Made by a program: the position numbers and the translations under genes
Part shown: piece by piece, positions 1 to 9,353 of the stretch
Layout: every line of letters starts with the position of its first letter
Position numbering within the stretch: position 1 is the first letter of the stretch
From: Escherichia phage W143
Sequence record: MZ189262.1
Strand: one strand, 5' to 3'
DNA: 64,000 nt
Notes under the pieces: generated by a model
Databases searched by the model: none
What the model saw: the letters and a program-made list of their open reading frames with translations, nothing else
Told to the model about the DNA's origin: nothing

Positions 1-1460
1 TCTTTGAAAACCAGGAAAAAGATTTCCAGACAGCTCCAGAGTACAAAGACGAAAAAATCGCTCAGGCGTTCGGTTCTTTCTTAACAGAAGCTGAAATCGG
101 TGGTGACCACGGTTACAATGCTACTAACATCGCTGCAGGTCAGACTTCTGGCGCAGTAACTCAGATTGGCCCAGCTGTTATGGGTATGGTACGTCGTGCT
201 ATTCCTAACCTGATTGCTTTCGATATTTGCGGTGTTCAGCCGATGAATAGCCCGACCGGTCAGGTATTCGCACTGCGCGCAGTATATGGTAAAGACCCAA
301 TCGCTTCCGGCGCTAAAGAAGCATTCCACCCAATGTATGGTCCAGATGCAATGTTCTCTGGTCAGGGTGCTGCTAAGAAATTCGCTGCTTTGAAAGCAAG
401 TGATACTCTTGAAGTTGGAACTATTTACACCCACTTCTTCCAGGACACTGGTACTGTGTATCTGCAAGCTACAGAAGCTAAACAAATTGATTCCGCTGCA
501 TCTGACGCAGACAAATTAGATGCTGAAATTAAGAAACAAATGGAAGCTGGTGTACTGGTAGAAATCGCTGAAGGTATGGCTACTTCTATCGCTGAACTTC
601 AGGAAAGTTTCAACGGTTCTACCGATAACCCATGGAATGAAATGGGCTTCCGTATCGATAAACAAGTTATCGAAGCTAAATCTCGCCAGCTGAAAGCTGC
701 TTACTCTATCGAATTAGCACAAGACCTCCGCGCTGTTCACGGTATGGATGCTGATGCTGAACTGTCTGGTATTCTGGCTACCGAAATCATGCTGGAAATT
801 AACCGTGAAGTTGTTGATTGGATTAACTACTCAGCTCAGGTTGGTAAATCTGGTATGACCCTGACTCCGGGTTCTAAAGCTGGTGTATTTGACTTCCAGG
901 ATCCGATTGATATTCGTGGTGCTCGCTGGGCGGGTGAATCCTTTAAAGCTCTGCTGTTCCAGATTGACAAAGAAGCAGTTGAAATTGCTCGTCAGACCGG
1001 TCGTGGTGAAGGTAACTTCATTATCGCTTCCCGTAACGTAGTTAACGTTCTGGCTTCAGTTGATACTGGCATTTCTTATGCTGCACAGGGTCTGGCTACC
1101 GGCTTTAACACTGATACTACCAAGTCAGTATTTGCTGGTGTTCTGGGTGGTAAATACCGTGTATATATCGACCAGTATGCTAAACAGGATTATTTCACCG
1201 TAGGTTATAAAGGTCCGAACGAAATGGATGCAGGTATTTACTATGCTCCATATGTAGCTCTGACTCCGCTGCGTGGTTCCGATCCGAAGAACTTCCAACC
1301 AGTAATGGGATTCAAAACTCGTTACGGTATCGGTATCAACCCATTTGCAGAATCCGCTGCTCAGGCTCCGGCTTCTCGCATCCAGAGCGGTATGCCTTCT
1401 ATTCTGAATAGCCTTGGTAAAAACGCTTACTTCCGCCGTGTATATGTTAAAGGTATCTAA
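1..1460 (+). CDS. 23: major capsid protein gp23 (5' end upstream of window; frame enters at nt 3)
   Basis: Frame 3 is open from the window edge (FENQEKDFQTAPEYKDEKIAQAF...) to TAA 1458-1460; translation matches T4 gp23 almost residue for residue; stem-loop terminator follows. Confidence 0.97.
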   Translation, partial: FENQEKDFQTAPEYKDEKIAQAFGSFLTEAEIGGDHGYNATNIAAGQTSGAVTQIGPAVMGMVRRAIPNLIAFDICGVQPMNSPTGQVFALRAVYGKDPIASGAKEAFHPMYGPDAMFSGQGAAKKFAALKASDTLEVGTIYTHFFQDTGTVYLQATEAKQIDSAASDADKLDAEIKKQMEAGVLVEIAEGMATSIAELQESFNGSTDNPWNEMGFRIDKQVIEAKSRQLKAAYSIELAQDLRAVHGMDADAELSGILATEIMLEINREVVDWINYSAQVGKSGMTLTPGSKAGVFDFQDPIDIRGARWAGESFKALLFQIDKEAVEIARQTGRGEGNFIIASRNVVNVLASVDTGISYAAQGLATGFNTDTTKSVFAGVLGGKYRVYIDQYAKQDYFTVGYKGPNEMDAGIYYAPYVALTPLRGSDPKNFQPVMGFKTRYGIGINPFAESAAQAPASRIQSGMPSILNSLGKNAYFRRVYVKGI

Positions 1461-1474
1461 GATATAACCTTATT

Positions 1475-1506
1475 ATGGGAGACTTCGGTCTCCCATTCTT
1501 GTTTCT
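1475..1506 (+). terminator. intrinsic terminator after gene 23
   Basis: Stem ATGGGAGAC / GTCTCCCAT with TTCG loop (1475-1496) followed by T-rich TCTTGTTTCT. Confidence 0.8.
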
Positions 1507-1509
1507 ATA

Positions 1510-1776
1510 CTACGCAATCTTAACTCGACGGTTGATGATGTCACGGAAGTCAATACGATTTTCTTGGATTTTCAGCCAGTTACCAGATTTGTCTTTGGTA
1601 TGGGTAGAATATTCACCGTTCCACCAGAAGTCAGTAGCATAATCCATGGTTTCATATTTCTTAACTAGGGCATTCACTGCATTACCGTTAGGATTGGAAC
1701 CATATTTTTCTACCAGGGCTTTGATGTCTTTATCAAGAGCGGACAGAGTAGTACGAATAAAGTTTAACTTGTTCAT
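1510..1776 (-). CDS. hypothetical protein, 88 aa, antisense to flanking late genes
   Basis: ORF MNKLNFIRTTLSALDKD...; ATG at 1776 preceded by AGGAGA (1783-1788) at 6 nt; the longer M-R-R-L-K start at 1791 has no RBS; early-type promoter upstream. Confidence 0.55.
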   Translation of the reverse strand: MNKLNFIRTTLSALDKDIKALVEKYGSNPNGNAVNALVKKYETMDYATDFWWNGEYSTHTKDKSGNWLKIQENRIDFRDIINRRVKIA

Positions 1777-1806
1777 TTTTAATCTCCTCATGTTTTTGAT
1801 AGGTCT

Positions 1807-1836
1807 ATAGTAACATGTGATAACCTTGCTGTAAAC
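1807..1836 (-). promoter_or_regulatory. early-type sigma70 promoter (GTTTAC-N18-TACTAT) for the 88-aa antisense ORF
   Basis: Minus-strand -35 GTTTAC (plus 1831-1836) and -10 TACTAT (plus 1807-1812), same architecture as other early promoters in this window. Confidence 0.6.
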
Positions 1837-1842
1837 AACTTT

Positions 1843-1850
1843 TATAAATA
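1843..1850 (+). promoter_or_regulatory. late promoter TATAAATA for gene 24
   Basis: Exact TATAAATA 29 nt upstream of ATG 1879; SD AAGG at 1867-1870. Confidence 0.8.
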
Positions 1851-1878
1851 AACATATACTCTCAACAAGGAAAGCGCA

Positions 1879-3162
1879 ATGGCTAAAATCAACGAACTTC
1901 TGCGCGAATCAACCACAACGAATAGCAACTCAATCGGTCGCCCAAATCTCGTTGCTTTGACTCGCGCTACCACTAAATTAATATATTCTGACATTGTAGC
2001 AACGCAAAGAACTAATCAACCTGTTGCTGCTTTTTATGGTATCAAATACCTTAACCCAGATAATGAATTTACATTTAAAACTGGTGCTACTTACGCTGGC
2101 GAAGCTGGATATGTAGACCGAGAACAAATCACAGAATTAACAGAAGAGTCTAAATTAACTCTCAATAAAGGCGATTTATTCAAATATAATAATATCGTTT
2201 ATAAAGTATTAGAAGATACACCATTTGCTACCATTGAAGAAAGCGATTTAGAACTAGCTCTTCAGATTGCAATTGTTCTTTTAAAGGTTCGTCTATTTTC
2301 TGATGCAGCGTCAACGAGCAAATTTGAAAGCTCTGATAGCGAAATTGCTGATGCTAGATTCCAGATTAATAAATGGCAAACCGCAGTTAAATCTCGTAAA
2401 CTTAAAACAGGTCTCACGGTTGAATTAGCACAAGATTTAGAAGCAAATGGATTCGATGCTCCTAATTTCTTGGAAGATTTGCTTGCAACTGAAATGGCGG
2501 ATGAAATCAATAAAGATATTCTACAGTCTTTGATTACAGTGTCAAAACGCTATAAAGTTACAGGAATTACTGATACCGGATTCATTGATTTGAGTTATGC
2601 ATCTGCACCTGAAGCCGGTCGTTCATTATACCGAATGGTATGTGAAATGGTTTCGCATATCCAAAAAGAATCAACTTATACAGCAACGTTCTGTGTTGCT
2701 TCAGCTCGTGCCGCTGCGATTCTTGCTGCATCAGGTTGGTTAAAACATAAACCAGAAGATGATAAATATCTTTCACAAAATGCCTATGGGTTCTTAGCTA
2801 ATGGTTTACCGCTTTATTGTGATACTAACAGCCCATTAGATTATGTAATCGTTGGCGTGGTAGAAAATATTGGCGAAAAAGAAATTGTCGGATCAATTTT
2901 CTATGCTCCGTATACAGAAGGTCTTGACTTAGATGACCCTGAACATGTAGGTGCATTTAAAGTTGTAGTTGATCCAGAAAGTTTGCAGCCATCTATCGGT
3001 TTATTGGTTAGATATGCTTTATCTGCAAATCCTTACACTGTAGCAAAAGACGAAAAAGAAGCAAGAATAATTGATGGTGGAGACATGGATAAAATGGCGG
3101 GTCGTTCAGATTTGTCTGTTTTATTAGGTGTTAAGCTACCAAAAATTATCGTTGATGAATAA
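1879..3162 (+). CDS. 24: head vertex protein gp24
   Basis: 427-aa ORF MAKINELLRESTTT...; recognised as T4 gp24 (gp23 paralog); late promoter upstream. Confidence 0.95.
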   Translation: MAKINELLRESTTTNSNSIGRPNLVALTRATTKLIYSDIVATQRTNQPVAAFYGIKYLNPDNEFTFKTGATYAGEAGYVDREQITELTEESKLTLNKGDLFKYNNIVYKVLEDTPFATIEESDLELALQIAIVLLKVRLFSDAASTSKFESSDSEIADARFQINKWQTAVKSRKLKTGLTVELAQDLEANGFDAPNFLEDLLATEMADEINKDILQSLITVSKRYKVTGITDTGFIDLSYASAPEAGRSLYRMVCEMVSHIQKESTYTATFCVASARAAAILAASGWLKHKPEDDKYLSQNAYGFLANGLPLYCDTNSPLDYVIVGVVENIGEKEIVGSIFYAPYTEGLDLDDPEHVGAFKVVVDPESLQPSIGLLVRYALSANPYTVAKDEKEARIIDGGDMDKMAGRSDLSVLLGVKLPKIIVDE

Positions 3163-3165
3163 AAC

Positions 3166-3190
3166 AAAGGGACCTTTTGGTCCCTTTTTA
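3166..3190. terminator. bidirectional stem-loop terminator between gene 24 and rnlB
   Basis: AGGGACC-TTTT-GGTCCCT stem-loop flanked by A-run upstream and T-run downstream; convergent genes on both sides. Confidence 0.75.
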
Positions 3191-3191
3191 T

Positions 3192-4196
3192 TTAACTTAC
3201 CAATTCAATCCAAGCCGGACGAAGTACATCTTGTACCATTTTAACTAATTCCTTTTTAATCAAAGAAGGATTATCCGCTTGAGTTAAAGTAATACCTTCA
3301 CGAGAAGTTTCTTCCAAAATATCTTGAACAGTTAGTCCCATCACCTTTCCAAAATCCTTCGGACTAATTTCGCCAATTTTAGAAATAACGTTATTTACTC
3401 GGTTCAGTGTAACGTAGCAAGCTAAAATTCCCAGCAATTTATTATCAGCTTCTGACAGCTCAACTTTAGCTTTAATAGGCTTATCAGACTTTTTCTTTTC
3501 ACTAAATTTAGAGCTCTTGCATTTAATAGCTACACGATTGCCATTAGGCATCCAAGAAGGATAACAAGGTTTCAATACATATCCTTCAGCAGTAAATACT
3601 TCGCCTTTTGCTTCAGCATTCCAGACGCATTTATTTGCATCAACTAATCCAGCATGGTCTACTGTAAAATTATAATCCTGGACGACAGAATCTAAATCAT
3701 TTGGCAATTTAATAAGTTCTTCAAATTTACCACGACCCAAAAGTGGAGCCATTTTAAATTTAAATGTATTACAGAATGATTCCATCATATAATCATCGAC
3801 ATAAGTCACATCACCACTTTCGGTAGTAACAATAATGTCAAATACATAAAAATCTTTATCGCCATAATCGACATTCTTCTGAATGCCAGGTCCAGCGAAT
3901 TCGCCGAAGACTTGATAAGATACAACTGCTGAAGTTTCCATAATATCTTGTACTGCTTTAATGGAATCAGCGTAATTCTTTAGAATAATTTCATACCCAA
4001 AGAAATCTTCAGCAGGAAGAATTGGTCCAGTACGTTTAGCACAAGTCGCTTTATCGCGTTCAATAATCAGTGAGAAATTTGTACCATGAATCTTTTCACG
4101 AGCTACCCATTCGCCGCCAGTCAATCCTAAACTATAAAGTTTTTCAATGAATTTAGAATTATAATGATTTTCAAGACTGCTATACTTTTTAAACAT
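3192..4196 (-). CDS. rnlB: RNA ligase 2 (Rnl2)
   Basis: 334 aa, [19 protein letters not shown]..., nucleotidyltransferase lysine motif KIHG; matches T4 Rnl2. Confidence 0.95.
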   Translation of the reverse strand: MFKKYSSLENHYNSKFIEKLYSLGLTGGEWVAREKIHGTNFSLIIERDKATCAKRTGPILPAEDFFGYEIILKNYADSIKAVQDIMETSAVVSYQVFGEFAGPGIQKNVDYGDKDFYVFDIIVTTESGDVTYVDDYMMESFCNTFKFKMAPLLGRGKFEELIKLPNDLDSVVQDYNFTVDHAGLVDANKCVWNAEAKGEVFTAEGYVLKPCYPSWMPNGNRVAIKCKSSKFSEKKKSDKPIKAKVELSEADNKLLGILACYVTLNRVNNVISKIGEISPKDFGKVMGLTVQDILEETSREGITLTQADNPSLIKKELVKMVQDVLRPAWIELVS

Positions 4197-4205
4197 AATT
4201 AATCC

Positions 4206-4484
4206 TCAAAATGTAATTTCTAACCAATCACCATCACGCTGATCACTATTGACTTTAAAACTAAATCCTTCTTTTCTCAGCCAATCACCAATTTCTTCAG
4301 TAATCAATTTATCGCGAGCAGTGCAATAATAACTAAAATATGTTTTACCTTGTTCAGCTGCTTTATTAGCAAGTTCCGAAAAATCTTTAATAAAACACTC
4401 TAGTTTAAACTGTTTACTTTTAAGTGCTTTTTCGCGTAATTGATTAGCAAAAGATTCATTTTCATAAAGATCATACTGTTCCAT
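4206..4484 (-). CDS. 24.2: hypothetical protein (T4 24.2 position)
   Basis: 92-aa ORF in syntenic position between rnlB and hoc; tightly packed with neighbours. Confidence 0.7.
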   Translation of the reverse strand: MEQYDLYENESFANQLREKALKSKQFKLECFIKDFSELANKAAEQGKTYFSYYCTARDKLITEEIGDWLRKEGFSFKVNSDQRDGDWLEITF

Positions 4485-4686
4485 TTTTCACCTTCTTATT
4501 AATATGTCTTTTTCTATAGACAACTTTTTCTCGAGTCTCAAATTTATTCTTAGCAGTCATAGCTCGAGCCCATAATACAGCCACTTCTTTCGCCTGTAAG
4601 TTCAATTCACGAGCAATTTCAATGAATGACTTTCCAGACTCATGGAGTGTAAACACCACAACCTCAGTTCTCATAATCAATCTCAT
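4471..4686 (-). CDS. 24.3: hypothetical protein (T4 24.3 position), possible HTH
   Basis: 71-aa ORF; segment SFIEIARELNLQAKEVAVLWARAM resembles a helix-turn-helix. Confidence 0.65.
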   Translation of the reverse strand: MRLIMRTEVVVFTLHESGKSFIEIARELNLQAKEVAVLWARAMTAKNKFETREKVVYRKRHINKKVKNGTV

Positions 4687-4740
4687 GTTATCGAGTTAGT
4701 GCCATTATATACATCGTTTTCTGATTGTGTTTTGTGTGCT

Positions 4741-4769
4741 TTCAAAATGAAGAAAGGGGCCGAAGCCCC
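4741..4769 (-). terminator. stem-loop terminator downstream of hoc
   Basis: GGGGC-CGAA-GCCCC hairpin (4756-4769) followed on minus strand by TTTCTTCATTTTGAA. Confidence 0.7.
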
Positions 4770-4774
4770 TTAGA

Positions 4775-5905
4775 TTATGGATAGGTATAGATGATACCAG
4801 TTTCTAAAGCAGTTTTATGAATGATGTATCCATTACGCGATTCTTGAACATCAACTTCTGGATAGTCTTTCATCATCTTCTGAAGAGTGTAACGATGCAA
4901 GTAGTACTTACTATCTGGGTCGTCAGTTTTCCAATCTTTACCTTCTTCAGTCATTTTTTGGATTTCATCCATAACCCACCAACCGCACCAGATATAAGCT
5001 GAAGTACGATGTGGAAGAGGATGAACATAAGGTAGTTCACCTTCTGGTTCCGGAGCAGCTTTATCAGTTACCTGAACTTGACCTGTTGTTTTAACTGTTT
5101 TGCTATCATAATCAGCGGCGGTAACAGTTGCAGTAACTTCAATGGTTTGACTTCCAATAGATGATGTATCAACGGTGTATACATTAGTTGACCCTTCTAC
5201 AGGAGAAGAATCTTTCTTCCATGAATACGTAATTTGTGCTTCTTCCGGAGCATCCGTAACGTTAGCAGTAAATGTAGCCGAAGCATCTTGCTGAACATTA
5301 ATAGAAGGAGGAGTCAATGTAACCTGCGGGTTCATTGTCTTCTTATTAACTGTCAATGATACTTCATTGGAAGTAACTTCCTTTGCATCATAATCTGTCG
5401 CTGTTACTTGGGCTACGCATTTAATTCTTTTTACTCCACTTGTAGTTGGAGTATAGCTAAATGTAGAGTTAGTTTCTCCGCCAACCTGTGAATCATCTAC
5501 ATACCACTGATACGTAGCAGACGCTCCAGCTGGTTGAGAAGCTAAGGCAACAGTAAATTGAACCGGGGTTCCAATTACTCCAGCTGAAGGACTATCGGGA
5601 GTTACAGCTAAGGTAGTCGTTTGTGTCTTATTTTGAACTGTGATAGTTGTTGTCGCTTCAGCCGTTTCCGGGCCTCCTTCAGAAAGTGTATTTGTTGCAA
5701 CTACCTTAATAGTCTTTTGACCAGCAGGTCCTTTTAATACATAATCAAAAGTTGCTGCTGATCCTTCTTGGGGAGCATTATCTACGCTCCAAGCATAGGT
5801 AATAGTTCCACCTCCAGTTTCACCACTGGGTGTAGCAGTAAACTGCTTGGTTTCATCAATAACCCCTGTTGGTGTTTTAGGAGTTATATCAACTGTAAAA
5901 GCCAT
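4775..5905 (-). CDS. hoc: highly immunogenic outer capsid protein Hoc
   Basis: 376 aa, Thr/Val-rich with repeated Ig-like segments (YAWSVD..., YQWYVDD..., YSWKKD...); matches T4 Hoc in length and position. Confidence 0.9.
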   Translation of the reverse strand: MAFTVDITPKTPTGVIDETKQFTATPSGETGGGTITYAWSVDNAPQEGSAATFDYVLKGPAGQKTIKVVATNTLSEGGPETAEATTTITVQNKTQTTTLAVTPDSPSAGVIGTPVQFTVALASQPAGASATYQWYVDDSQVGGETNSTFSYTPTTSGVKRIKCVAQVTATDYDAKEVTSNEVSLTVNKKTMNPQVTLTPPSINVQQDASATFTANVTDAPEEAQITYSWKKDSSPVEGSTNVYTVDTSSIGSQTIEVTATVTAADYDSKTVKTTGQVQVTDKAAPEPEGELPYVHPLPHRTSAYIWCGWWVMDEIQKMTEEGKDWKTDDPDSKYYLHRYTLQKMMKDYPEVDVQESRNGYIIHKTALETGIIYTYP

Positions 5906-5914
5906 AAGTTATCC

Positions 5915-6595
5915 TTATTTTAATGTTACGAAAGAAGAATTGCGTGTTTCACGAATTAGAACTGATCCGTCGCGATTAATGTAATAAATTAAGCTAAATA
6001 AAGTTTGGTGTGCCGACGCATGTTCAAAACTAGTTGGGTGAGATTTCCAATCCGGAGTTTCAGCAATCCACTGATAAATCCACCAAGGAACAGTACAGAA
6101 TCCTGGATTTTTTCCAATCAGCTGAAGATTCGGACTAAAGTTTTCCGGAAGAGTAAATACAGACGGCTTTTCAGATTCAATAATCTCAGCTACAGCCTGT
6201 TCGAATTTTTCTTCAACAAAAGGAGTATCTTCAATCAAAACATCGGTATTTTCAGGAATTTTATCCGTTTCGACTACTTCAATTTTAATATCAGATTTAA
6301 CCGGAGAATCAATCAGAAGTGCTGCTTCTGGATTGACTTCTTCATCGTCATATTTTAATCCCTCTGCAGCATCAGCAGCATTGATTAAGTCTTTAATAGA
6401 TAACCCATCAGTCTCTGGCATAGGTTCACTAGCGAGCTTCTGGAGGGCTTCTTCAATATCAACAACGATATTATCAAAAGATTTATTCTTTTTGACCTTT
6501 ATACCAAACTGTTCAGCATATTCAGCTAATTTAGCTTTAGCTTCTTTATTATCATCAAGAGCCTTCAGCTCTGCAATATAATCTTTATCTATCAT
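5915..6595 (-). CDS. inh: acidic protein at T4 inh (hoc.1) position, putative prohead-protease inhibitor
   Basis: 226-aa acidic ORF immediately upstream of hoc; assignment by synteny and recalled size. Confidence 0.7.
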   Translation of the reverse strand: MIDKDYIAELKALDDNKEAKAKLAEYAEQFGIKVKKNKSFDNIVVDIEEALQKLASEPMPETDGLSIKDLINAADAAEGLKYDDEEVNPEAALLIDSPVKSDIKIEVVETDKIPENTDVLIEDTPFVEEKFEQAVAEIIESEKPSVFTLPENFSPNLQLIGKNPGFCTVPWWIYQWIAETPDWKSHPTSFEHASAHQTLFSLIYYINRDGSVLIRETRNSSFVTLK

Positions 6596-6608
6596 AATAT
6601 TTCCTCAG

Positions 6609-6616
6609 TATAAATA
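6609..6616 (+). promoter_or_regulatory. late promoter TATAAATA for uvsW
   Basis: Exact TATAAATA 30 nt upstream of uvsW ATG 6646. Confidence 0.75.
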
Positions 6617-6645
6617 TAGATATATTTATTACATGGTATTTAGAC

Positions 6646-8157
6646 ATGACTGACATTAAAGTACATTTTTATGATTTTAGTCACGTGAGAATTGATTGTG
6701 AAGAAAGTACATTTCATGAACTCCGTGATTTCTTTAGCTTTGAAGCTGATGGGTATCGTTTTAATCCGAAGTACAAATATGGCCACTGGGATGGACGAAT
6801 CCGTCTTTTAGATTATAATCGCCTTCTTCCGTTTGGTTTAGTCGGGCAAATTAAAAAGTTCTGCGATAACTTTGGCTATAAAGCTTGGATTGACCCGCAA
6901 ATTAACGAAAAAGAAGAATTATCAAGAAAAGATTTTGATGAATGGCTTTCTAAGTTAGAAATCTATTCAGGAAATAAAAGAATTGAACCGCACTGGTATC
7001 AAAAAGATGCAGTGTTCGAAGGATTAGTTAATCGTCGTAGAATTCTTAATCTTCCAACATCCGCAGGTAAATCTTTAATTCAAGCTTTGCTTGCACGTTA
7101 TTATTTGGAAAATTATGAAGGTAAAATTCTTATCATTGTTCCAACAACTGCTTTAACAACTCAGATGGCTGATGACTTTGTTGATTATCGTTTATTCAGT
7201 CATGCAATGATAAAGAAAATTGGCGGCGGAGCATCAAAAGATGATAAATATAAAAATGATGCACCGGTAATTGTTGGTACATGGCAAACTGTAGTAAAAC
7301 AACCAAAAGAATGGTTCTCACAGTTTGGAATGATGATGAATGATGAATGCCATCTTGCTACAGGAAAAAGTATTTCATCTATCATATCAGGTTTAAATAA
7401 CTGCATGTTTAAATTTGGTCTATCGGGTTCATTACGTGATGGCAAAGCTAATATCATGCAGTATGTTGGAATGTTTGGTGAAATATTTAAGCCGGTAACG
7501 ACTTCTAAATTAATGGAAGATGGACAAGTAACTGAGTTAAAAATTAATAGTATTTTTCTTCGCTATCCCGATGAGTTCACTACTAAATTAAAGGGAAAAA
7601 CTTACCAAGAAGAAATAAAAATTATTACTGGGCTCAGTAAAAGAAATAAATGGATCGCTAAATTAGCTATTAAACTTGCGCAAAAAGATGAAAACGCTTT
7701 TGTCATGTTTAAGCATGTATCACATGGTAAAGCTATTTTCGATTTAATTAAAAATGAATACGATAAAGTTTATTACGTATCAGGGGAAGTTGATACCGAA
7801 ACACGCAACGTAATGAAAACCCTAGCTGAAAACGGTAAAGGAATAATTATAGTAGCTAGTTATGGTGTATTTTCTACCGGTATTTCAGTTAAAAATCTGC
7901 ATCACGTTGTTTTAGCGCACGGTGTTAAATCTAAAATTATTGTATTGCAAACAATAGGTCGCGTATTACGTAAGCATGGTTCTAAAACAATCGCAACGGT
8001 CTGGGACCTCATAGATGACGCGGGCGTAGTTTCTAAATCAAAAACATCTTCTAAAAAATACTCGCATTTAAACTATCTTTTAAAACATGGACTTGATCGT
8101 ATTCAGCGTTATGCTGATGAGAAGTTTAATTATGTGATGAAAGAGGTTAAACTTTGA
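6646..8157 (+). CDS. uvsW: UvsW DNA helicase (SF2)
   Basis: 503 aa; Walker A PTSAGKS, DExH box NDECH; matches T4 UvsW. Confidence 0.95.
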   Translation: MTDIKVHFYDFSHVRIDCEESTFHELRDFFSFEADGYRFNPKYKYGHWDGRIRLLDYNRLLPFGLVGQIKKFCDNFGYKAWIDPQINEKEELSRKDFDEWLSKLEIYSGNKRIEPHWYQKDAVFEGLVNRRRILNLPTSAGKSLIQALLARYYLENYEGKILIIVPTTALTTQMADDFVDYRLFSHAMIKKIGGGASKDDKYKNDAPVIVGTWQTVVKQPKEWFSQFGMMMNDECHLATGKSISSIISGLNNCMFKFGLSGSLRDGKANIMQYVGMFGEIFKPVTTSKLMEDGQVTELKINSIFLRYPDEFTTKLKGKTYQEEIKIITGLSKRNKWIAKLAIKLAQKDENAFVMFKHVSHGKAIFDLIKNEYDKVYYVSGEVDTETRNVMKTLAENGKGIIIVASYGVFSTGISVKNLHHVVLAHGVKSKIIVLQTIGRVLRKHGSKTIATVWDLIDDAGVVSKSKTSSKKYSHLNYLLKHGLDRIQRYADEKFNYVMKEVKL

Positions 8158-8846
8158 ATTATAAATTAATATACGATAATTTAATTAATAGAGCCCAGAA
8201 TCGGGCTCGCCTTAATGGATACACTGAAACTCATCATATAATTCCTAGATGTATGGGCGGTACAGATGATAAGTGTAATTTGGTAGAACTAACAGCTGAA
8301 GAGCATTTTATAGCTCATAAACTTTTAGCTAAAATTCATCCAAACCATTACGGTATAATTAAAGCCGTTATATGTATGGGAATGAATTCAAATACTCATG
8401 AAAGACACGTTAATAAATCTTACGCCTGGGAACGTCGTAAAATGGCAAAACTTCAATCAGGTGAAGGTAATCCATTTTACGGAAAACACCATACGGAAGA
8501 ACATAAACAATATATGTCAAAACTCATGAAAAATCGTCCAATTACGTGGGGAAGTAAAATTAGTAAAACTAAAAGAATGAACCCAACAAAATGGACTGAA
8601 GAAGCTAAAAGATTGCATTCTATCAATCAATCAGGTAAAAATAATGGCATGTATGGAAGGAAACATTCCGCTAAATCTATTCAGAAAATTAAAGATAACA
8701 TGCCAGATAATTCAGGAGCTAATAACCCAGCTGCTAAACCTATAGAAGTAAATGGTGTTAAGTATAAATGCATGAAAGATGCTTCTAAAGCTACTGGATT
8801 ATCAATGTACAAACTAAGAATACTTAGAAAAACAGTTAATTTATAA
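8154..8846 (+). CDS. HNH homing endonuclease (Mob-like), free-standing
   Basis: 230 aa; HNH core HHIIPRCMGGTDDKCNLVELTAEEHFIAH; repeated NUMOD-like modules (NPFYGKHHTEEHKQYM, NNGMYGRKHSAKSIQ, GANNPAAKPIEVNGVKYKCMKDASKATGLS); TTG start overlaps uvsW TGA (TTGA); SD AGAGG 7 nt upstream. Confidence 0.85.
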   Translation: MNYKLIYDNLINRAQNRARLNGYTETHHIIPRCMGGTDDKCNLVELTAEEHFIAHKLLAKIHPNHYGIIKAVICMGMNSNTHERHVNKSYAWERRKMAKLQSGEGNPFYGKHHTEEHKQYMSKLMKNRPITWGSKISKTKRMNPTKWTEEAKRLHSINQSGKNNGMYGRKHSAKSIQKIKDNMPDNSGANNPAAKPIEVNGVKYKCMKDASKATGLSMYKLRILRKTVNL

Positions 8847-8861
8847 GGGCTTCGGCCCTTT
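8846..8861 (+). other. GC stem-loop (AAGGGC-TTCG-GCCCTT) between HNH gene and uvsW.1 RBS
   Basis: Perfect 6-bp stem with TTCG tetraloop directly after the HNH stop codon, followed by GGAG SD of uvsW.1. Confidence 0.6.
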
Positions 8862-8871
8862 GGAGAAAAAG

Positions 8872-9102
8872 ATGTTACTAGAATTTAAACAATTTCTTTA
8901 TGAAGCTTCTATTGATGAATTTATGGGTAAAATTGCCTCTTGCCAAACATTAGAAGGTCTAGAAGAACTTGAAGCTTATTATAAGAAAAGAGTTAAAGAA
9001 ACTGAATTAAAAGATACTGATGACATCTCAGTTAGAGATGCTTTGGCAGGAAAAAGAGCTGAATTAGAAGATTCAGACGATGAAGTAGAAGAAAGCTTTT
9101 AA
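8872..9102 (+). CDS. uvsW.1: UvsW.1
   Basis: 76 aa from ATG 8872 (MLLEFKQFLYEASIDEF...) with GGAG 6 nt upstream; ORF-track start at 8860 is TTG and lacks an RBS. Confidence 0.85.
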   Translation: MLLEFKQFLYEASIDEFMGKIASCQTLEGLEELEAYYKKRVKETELKDTDDISVRDALAGKRAELEDSDDEVEESF

Positions 9103-9157
9103 ATTAAAAAAGGCCCAACCAAAAAGGAAGGGCCAAAACTATAGACTAAAGGTCACA

Positions 9158-9325
9158 CTATAGCAAAAGTTGTGTTTCATTTAATTGTTCTTCCGAACTT
9201 TCTGAAACTGGTAGTTCTTTAATGTAATTATAGCAAGGCCCAGGATGTACAGGACCTTTGTCTGTTTCAACAACCAATGCAGAATCGATTGGAGTTTTAC
9301 AGACAACACAAATCTTATCTGACAT
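9158..9325 (-). CDS. uvsY.-2: small Cys-containing protein (T4 uvsY.-2 position), 55 aa
   Basis: Hand-translated: MSDKICVVCKTPIDSALVVETDKGPVHPGPCYNYIKELPVSESSEEQLNETQLLL; GAGGAGA SD 5 nt upstream; below the 60-aa ORF-track cutoff. Confidence 0.6.
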   Translation of the reverse strand: MSDKICVVCKTPIDSALVVETDKGPVHPGPCYNYIKELPVSESSEEQLNETQLLL

Positions 9326-9353
9326 GATTGTCTCCTCTAAATTATATATCTAT

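Noticed and set aside
2262-2776. Minus-strand ORFs (82 and 64 aa) inside gene 24
   Set aside because: Entirely embedded antisense in a well-supported gp24 coding sequence; no RBS or promoter; typical AT-rich antisense artefacts.
6005-6581. Plus-strand ORFs (117 and 82 aa) inside inh
   Set aside because: Low-complexity antisense translations (F/N/R-rich) of a real gene; no start context.
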